Origin: Trichonephila clavipes
Taxonomy: Eukaryota
DNA: 64,000 bases
Direction of reading: 5' to 3'
Assembly: GCA_019973935.1 (NCBI GenBank)
Contig: BMAU01016994.1
Location: forward strand, 1,008,762 to 1,072,761
The notes under the pieces are model-generated. The model searched no databases. It worked only from the letters and a program-made list of their open reading frames with translations, and was not told where the DNA came from. Positions 61,398 through 64,000 of the stretch are shown here, piece after piece. The translations under genes and the position numbers were made by a program. Position 1 is the first letter of the stretch. Each line of letters begins with the position of its first letter.

Positions 61398-64000
61398 GAT
61401 TTATTCTTCATTTTTATTTACAAAAATAAAAATCCAGCCTTGGATTTTTAAATTTTTTAAAAGATATTTCTTTTGTGATTAAGTAACAAGAAATCAATTT
61501 CCTAAGATAATCTAAGTCGATTAATGGTGTACATATAGGAAAATTACTTGCAGATATACAAATCAATTATTTTTAAGTATAATTTAATGCTGAATACAGC
61601 TGCCACACTTGATGAACAGTGATATTTATTCTACTTCAAATTAGAGAACTCCAGCAAGATGTTACATATTTTGTATGATTTCATGCTGCATGTATATCTC
61701 TTGAACTTAGAACTAATTGTATATTTTAAGTTTACTTGTTATGGAGCTTGTTAAAAATAGTAATTAATAGTTTTTTTTTAGGTAAAAGGGTTTGTGTTTG
61801 ACACTTTAAAATGTAGTTGTTACTTTTTATTTTGTTTTTCTTCCCATTTTGACACCAGAAACATATAAATGAGACTATTATAACACTGTACAAATATATG
61901 GAATATTTATTATGACAGTGCTTCCCACAGGTGTTCTGGTAATTTCTATGTAAATTTTGAATATGGCTTTAAAAGAATAGTGTGTGTTTTTTGTGTAATA
62001 CGTACTTAAGTGTATAATAAAGTTAAAGGCATTTAATGGCTGATTGGCTTATATAACGAAAGAAAATCTGCTTAGTGGATATTGGATGTTTAAGGATTGG
62101 CTATGCATTTGAACTATTATAATGCCTTATGTAATTTTCAGTCTTTTGAATGTGTAATTGTTTCCAGATTTACTATGGCATATATGAAATGTAAATCTGC
62201 ATTAGTTAAATTGTTCTATCGTTTTGATACTTGTATAACTGAAAAGCATACACAGAATATAGTAGTGGATTTCATCTTAAGAAAAGGATTCTTTATTATT
62301 GTAGCAAGTTATATCAGTTTATTCCTAACACAATCATAACAGGCTCATTAATCTTTTGTGAACTACCTATTTACATTGCTGCAAAGCACTTCACCAGAGT
62401 TCATTTATGATCTCTAAAGATTTATTAACAAAAAGTGCCCTTGGTATACATACATGTGATACTTTTTTTTTATTATTTTTTGTTTTTTTATGCACATAGT
62501 TTACTAAATATACTTACTAATTTTACTTTATTTCGTAATTCGTATTTATGTATGATTGTTCTAACAAGTACTAGATGGATTTATTCAAATGATTTCATTT
62601 TGTTTCAAAAATAATAATTTGGGAAAGTTGTTTTATTTAGGAAATTTTACTGTGTGTTGGAGCTTCTTTATTAATTTAATGAAATTGTGTGATTTAAATG
62701 ATTAATTTGGTTTTGTACAATTCATGTACAAAGGTAACACACTATTTATGTGAAATTATTTTTAAGATATTTTATTAATCTCATTTTTTGACTCATTATA
62801 TTAAATTTTTCATAATTTATAATATTGTGCCACATCCTCTATGAATAGCTTGATATAATTTTTGTATCTTCATAAAAATATATTGAATGTTAATAATGCT
62901 TCTATCAGCAATGCTGAGAATATTTAAATATAAACTATAATATGTATTATACTCATATCATTAAAAAGTTTAAATATAATTCAAAGGTTGTATTTGTTTC
63001 TGAAATTCTGAAAATGTGTCTTATGTAATGTTGTCACTAAAAATAAACATGTAAATTTATACTCCGACATATATATATATTTTTTTGTGTGTATTATGAA
63101 ACAGTTCTTAATTAATTGAAAAAATATTTATTTTAGTATTTGACAGATATTTTGTGGTAAAAGTTTTCCTTAAACTACATATTAAATCTATATTCTGCAT
63201 AGATTTTCATTAATTAAAACAATGTTGAGTGATCATCGGAGCACATTCTCTCTTATAAGATCGTCATCCACTACCTTCAGGTTATGTTGGGCTTTAATCA
63301 TAGAGCTTGCCATGATTGAGTAGGGTATTGAGATTTTAAAAATAAGAATTAAAGATTTAAAAATGGAAGTTAAGAATTTTGAAATTGGGACCTTATAAAA
63401 ATTTTAAAGTAATTGCTGGAGCTATGAGTGTTGTCTGTGTTGAAAGAATATGAGAGTGTGAGAAAAATAATTTAAAAGCATGGAGTTTTCCTTTATTAGG
63501 ATTTACACAAATATCTCTTGGATAATATATAATAGGGTAGATAAATTTTTTTTTTTCAGATTTTCAAAATCTACCTATAAGGAAAAGATGTTCTCCCATG
63601 TATTAATGAGGGGGAAAATATAATAAAAAATTAATTTTTGTGTTAAGTACTGCCACAAGGGGAATGAAGTTTAGATGTATGTAGGTTGTTTATGGTAAAA
63701 AAACTAAGTAATTTTTGTCACAGTGAAACAGCATTTTAGTACTTTTTAGCATTTATTGCCATGAGAGGACATGTGCTAAATAGTTTCTTTAAAAAACATG
63801 AGGTACATTTAGTAGCTTCTTTAGTATCAATTTTTTAAGAAGTTAAAAATATGTTTTTAACTGTGGAAATTTACCGTGCATGATAAAGTGGACGATGGAA
63901 AACAACTTGGATCAGAGAGAAGGAGGAATATATTGTAGAAAAATAATTATTTTGAGTCTGAAATCATCTTACCAAAATTAAGTATTATCCATTACTTTTG

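Overview
Eukaryotic (probably arthropod or other invertebrate) AT-rich nuclear DNA, not prokaryotic. I found no operons, CRISPR arrays, rRNA genes or genuine tRNA genes. Positions 1-31.8 kb are a dense nested cluster of transposable elements, and every retroelement there is on the minus strand. The elements are: (1) a Ty3/gypsy-like fragment (1-2250); (2) two inverted, 97%-identical copies of a hAT-like non-autonomous DNA element (2515-3790 and 4718-6712), flanking a Tc1-like transposase remnant and a truncated SINE, plus a 770-bp copy with a perfect duplicated flank at 10398-11165; (3) a 5'-truncated LINE (6713-9000); (4) an 8.9-kb Ty3/gypsy element (13807-22738) with a tRNA-Lys primer-binding site, a polypurine tract, nested SINE and LINE insertions and an internal inverted LTR fragment, sitting between two inverted arrays of ~140-bp satellite repeats (foldback-like); (5) a nearly intact BEL/Pao element (24354-30426) with 151-bp LTRs inserted in a (TA)n microsatellite. 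Two tRNA-derived SINE families are present, and SINE1 (about 275 bp, (TCAA)n tail) has eight copies with clear target-site duplications. Positions 37.4-61.4 kb carry a host gene on the plus strand with at least 11 GT-AG coding exons. It encodes a coiled-coil protein of about 355 aa with a C-terminal PPPY motif that I cannot assign to a family. Its large intron 3 contains a 2335-bp tandem duplication whose junctions indicate unequal recombination between two SINE1 copies. All coordinates are approximate to a few bp unless a junction is quoted.
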